Of a DNA stretch of 64,000 bases, positions 61,801 to 64,000 are shown one piece after another. This stretch comes from Paraspadella gotoi (Eukaryota > Animalia > Chaetognatha), in assembly GCA_051294375.1 (NCBI GenBank), contig CM119268.1, positions 13,651,037 through 13,715,036 on the forward strand. Reading direction: 5' to 3'. The stretch's first letter is position 1; each line of letters begins with the position of its first letter. Below the pieces are notes generated by a model, which was not told the origin of the DNA, made no database searches, and was given only the letters and a program-made list of their open reading frames with translations. Position numbers and translations under genes: made by a program.

Positions 61801-63076
61801 CAATAGAGGGCAGACTGCACGAGGGTACTGACGGGCAATTGATGGGGTACTTTTGATGCCAGTGAGGAGGGCAGAATGTTACCGTAGAAATGTACGCTGA
61901 ATGTACGCAGAATGTACGTAGTTCTGGGAACGTAATCGGGGGGGGGTTGAGTAGATCAGGCAGAATTCGTTGTACGAGAAACGATGTTTACAAGTTTCCG
62001 CGAGGAATAAAGGCTGCCAGTTAAGATTTAAAACTATCGATGTTTTGTCAAGTTAATCTTTCATGTACGTATTGTATAAAGGTAGAAATTTCGTATATTA
62101 ACCAATTAAGAAAATCGGTAAAATTTAAGATGACAATAACGACAGCGACAATCCACACCCCCCCCCCAAATTCTCCAGTTGGTCTTCATCCTGGGTCGCG
62201 CTCGAAAGAACGCCACCCAACGCATCGTGGAGGAAGAAGCTCTCGTCCACCGCGACATCGTCCAGGAAGACTTCGTCGAGTCCTTCCGGAATCTCACTCT
62301 CAAATCGGTCAGTAATAATAAATAAATAAATAAATAAATAATAAATAAAAATAAATATATATTCAATATAAATTGAAACTTTTTGATTTAGTCATTTTTT
62401 GATTTAAGTATTTTAGTCGATATATTGATTTTTAAGTGTTTTTTCAGGGAGGTGACTTTTTGATATAGTTCAAACCAAAGAGTTTGATACTTTTTCAAAA
62501 CTAAAGTTCCAATACAATACACAATGTTGAAACATGACTGAAAAATTTGGTTTTTTTTTAACGTATTTAATACAAAAAATTTTTTAAGCCAAATAAAAAA
62601 AACTTATCAATAAAATTATGATGATTTATTTTATTAATTAATTTTATTTAATTAGATAGTTTAATATCATATTACATCATATATATATATACTTCGTATT
62701 CGCTTCATCGCCTTCAATCACGCCTCTTTTCCCTCCCAGGTGGCGGCCATCAAATGGGCCTCTCTCTTCTGTCCCGGCGCCAAGTACTTCCTCAAAACCG
62801 ACGACGATATGTTCGTCAACCTCAAACAGTTGTTGTTGTTCCTGGGGACGTCGAGAGGGTACAGATTGGCGGCCGGAACTTGCGGCAGCGGAGGTACGAC
62901 CTCAGTGAGGTTTTTCGTCGGTGCGACCGTCAGAGCACGTCCGGTCTAAGTTTATTTCTTCCTTTTTGTTCTATTCTGTCTCTTGGTTAATTCTATTTGT
63001 CTGCCTCATTTATTTCTGTTATAAAATCTTAACGTTTCAAAATCCAAATCCGTTTAAACAGAAATACTGGGTATCA
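52687..63076 (+). CDS. Beta-1,3-galactosyltransferase / GT31 (Galactosyl_T) family type II membrane protein, partial (exons in gaps; 3' end not recovered)
   Basis: Exon 52687-53014 has an N-terminal TM (RKLLLLLAFCSTFALLGVF) and stem ending SNPHNFSLLTNQPLMC. Partial exon to 58196 reads FRRRAAIRATWG. Exon 62179-62307 reads LVFILG...EEEALVHRDIVQEDFVESFRNLTLKS. Exon from 62740 reads AAIKWASLFCPGAKYFLKTDDDMFVN (DxD motif), with an uncertain end at ~62904-62943. Exon from 63062 reads KYWVS. Confidence 0.9.
58200..58338 (+). repeat. G-rich minisatellite (GATAGTGGGGATGGAAAGGAGTG-like) after a GT31 exon
   Basis: About 5 degenerate tandem units. Confidence 0.7.
58441..58623. mobile_element. Foldback/MITE-like inverted-repeat element in a GT31 intron
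   Basis: GAACGTTTGAGTTTAGGAAAAACAACG pairs with CGTTGTTTATCCTAAACTCAAACGTTC. The inner arm TGTTTCGAATTGTATTTCA pairs with TGAAATACAAATCGAAACA. Confidence 0.7.
60185..60323 (-). mobile_element. R1 repeat copy, minus strand, in a GT31 intron
   Basis: AATTGGTACAACCAATAGAAAAATTATC...AAATAAGCTATCTTGCC.CTAACTTTGAACAGGCT...AAGGCCTT...CTTACAAGAT...ATAGCAGG is the reverse complement of the R1 core. Confidence 0.75.
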
Positions 63077-64000
63077 NNNNNNNNNNNNNNNNNNNNNNNN
63101 NNNNNNNNNNNNNNNNNNNNNNNNNNNNNNNNNNNNNNNNNNNNNNNNNNNNNNNNNNNNNNNNNNNNNNNNNNNNNNNNNNNNNNNNNNNNNNNNNNNN
63201 NNNNNNNNNNNNNNNNNNNNNNNNNNNNNNNNNNNNNNNNNNNNNNNNNNNNNNNNNNNNNNNNNNNNNNNNNNNNNNNNNNNNNNNNNNNNNNNNNNNN
63301 NNNNNNNNNNNNNNNNNNNNNNNNNNNNNNNNNNNNNNNNNNNNNNNNNNNNNNNNNNNNNNNNNNNAAGCAGCGGATTTGTTCCGATTTGTAACCATGG
63401 AAACGGAGGAAATCGTCTCGGAATTAAAACGCGTCGAAATTAAGAAGGAAAAAAAAACATCTCATCGGGAAAAGAAATGAAACGAGGGAATATATATATC
63501 CTGCTCTTAATTGAAAATAAAAAAGGGATGAGTGGAGAGAAATTAGCTGAAATAAAAAAAGTGAAAAAATAAATTAAATGAAAAGAAAGATGAGGTAAAA
63601 AGCCGAAAATCCCCGACGGTAAAAAAAGAGGCATTAGCCAAGAAGAAAGGAAAGAACCCTTCCAAGTATCAAAGGGGCTTCTTGTTTCTCCGCTATCGCT
63701 CTCTCTCTCTCTTTCTCACTCTCNNNNNNNNNNNNNNNNNNNNNNNNNNNNNNNNNNNNNNNNNNNNNNNNNNNNNNNNNNNNNNNNNNNNNNNNNNNNN
63801 NNNNNNNNNNNNNNNNNNNNNNNNNNNNNNNNNNNNNNNNNNNNNNNNNNNNNNNNNNNNNNNNNNNNNNNNNNNNNNNNNNNNNNNNNNNNNNNNNNNN
63901 NNNNNNNNNNNNNNNNNNNNNNNNNNNNNNNNNNNNTTCTATCTCTCTCCCTCCCTTCCATGTCCTCGTTTTTCATGTCGTTTCCCCTTCAACTTTGTTA

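Noticed and set aside
43205-63976. Long ORFs containing X runs
   Set aside because: They are open only because they cross N gaps. The exceptions are the RPS17 and GT31 segments annotated above.

Overview
Gene-dense, intron-containing animal (probably invertebrate) genomic DNA from a gapped draft assembly, with AT-rich, microsatellite-rich introns and GC-richer exons. No prokaryotic features, tRNA, rRNA or CRISPR were seen. Hand-built GT-AG gene models with checked exon phases give: an F-BAR/FCH protein (minus, runs off the left end) head-to-head with a class I eIF4E; a PLAC8/cornifelin-family gene with two duplicated, alternative 3' exon sets; an SRSF4/5/6 (B52-like) SR splicing factor with a very long RGF/RGG linker that hosts an intronless 12-finger C2H2 gene on the same strand in intron 2; a degenerate calmodulin-like gene; casein kinase I gamma; RPS17 with a GC-AG intron; and a GT31 beta-1,3-galactosyltransferase-like gene broken by gaps. 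Also present are two dispersed repeat families, a foldback hairpin, and a ~1.65 kb inverted duplication around a 25-N gap that is probably an assembly artefact. The most interesting loci are the SR gene (nested ZF gene, candidate poison exons, RGG expansion) and the PLAC8 duplicated-terminal-exon switch. All family calls are from motif recognition, not database searches.
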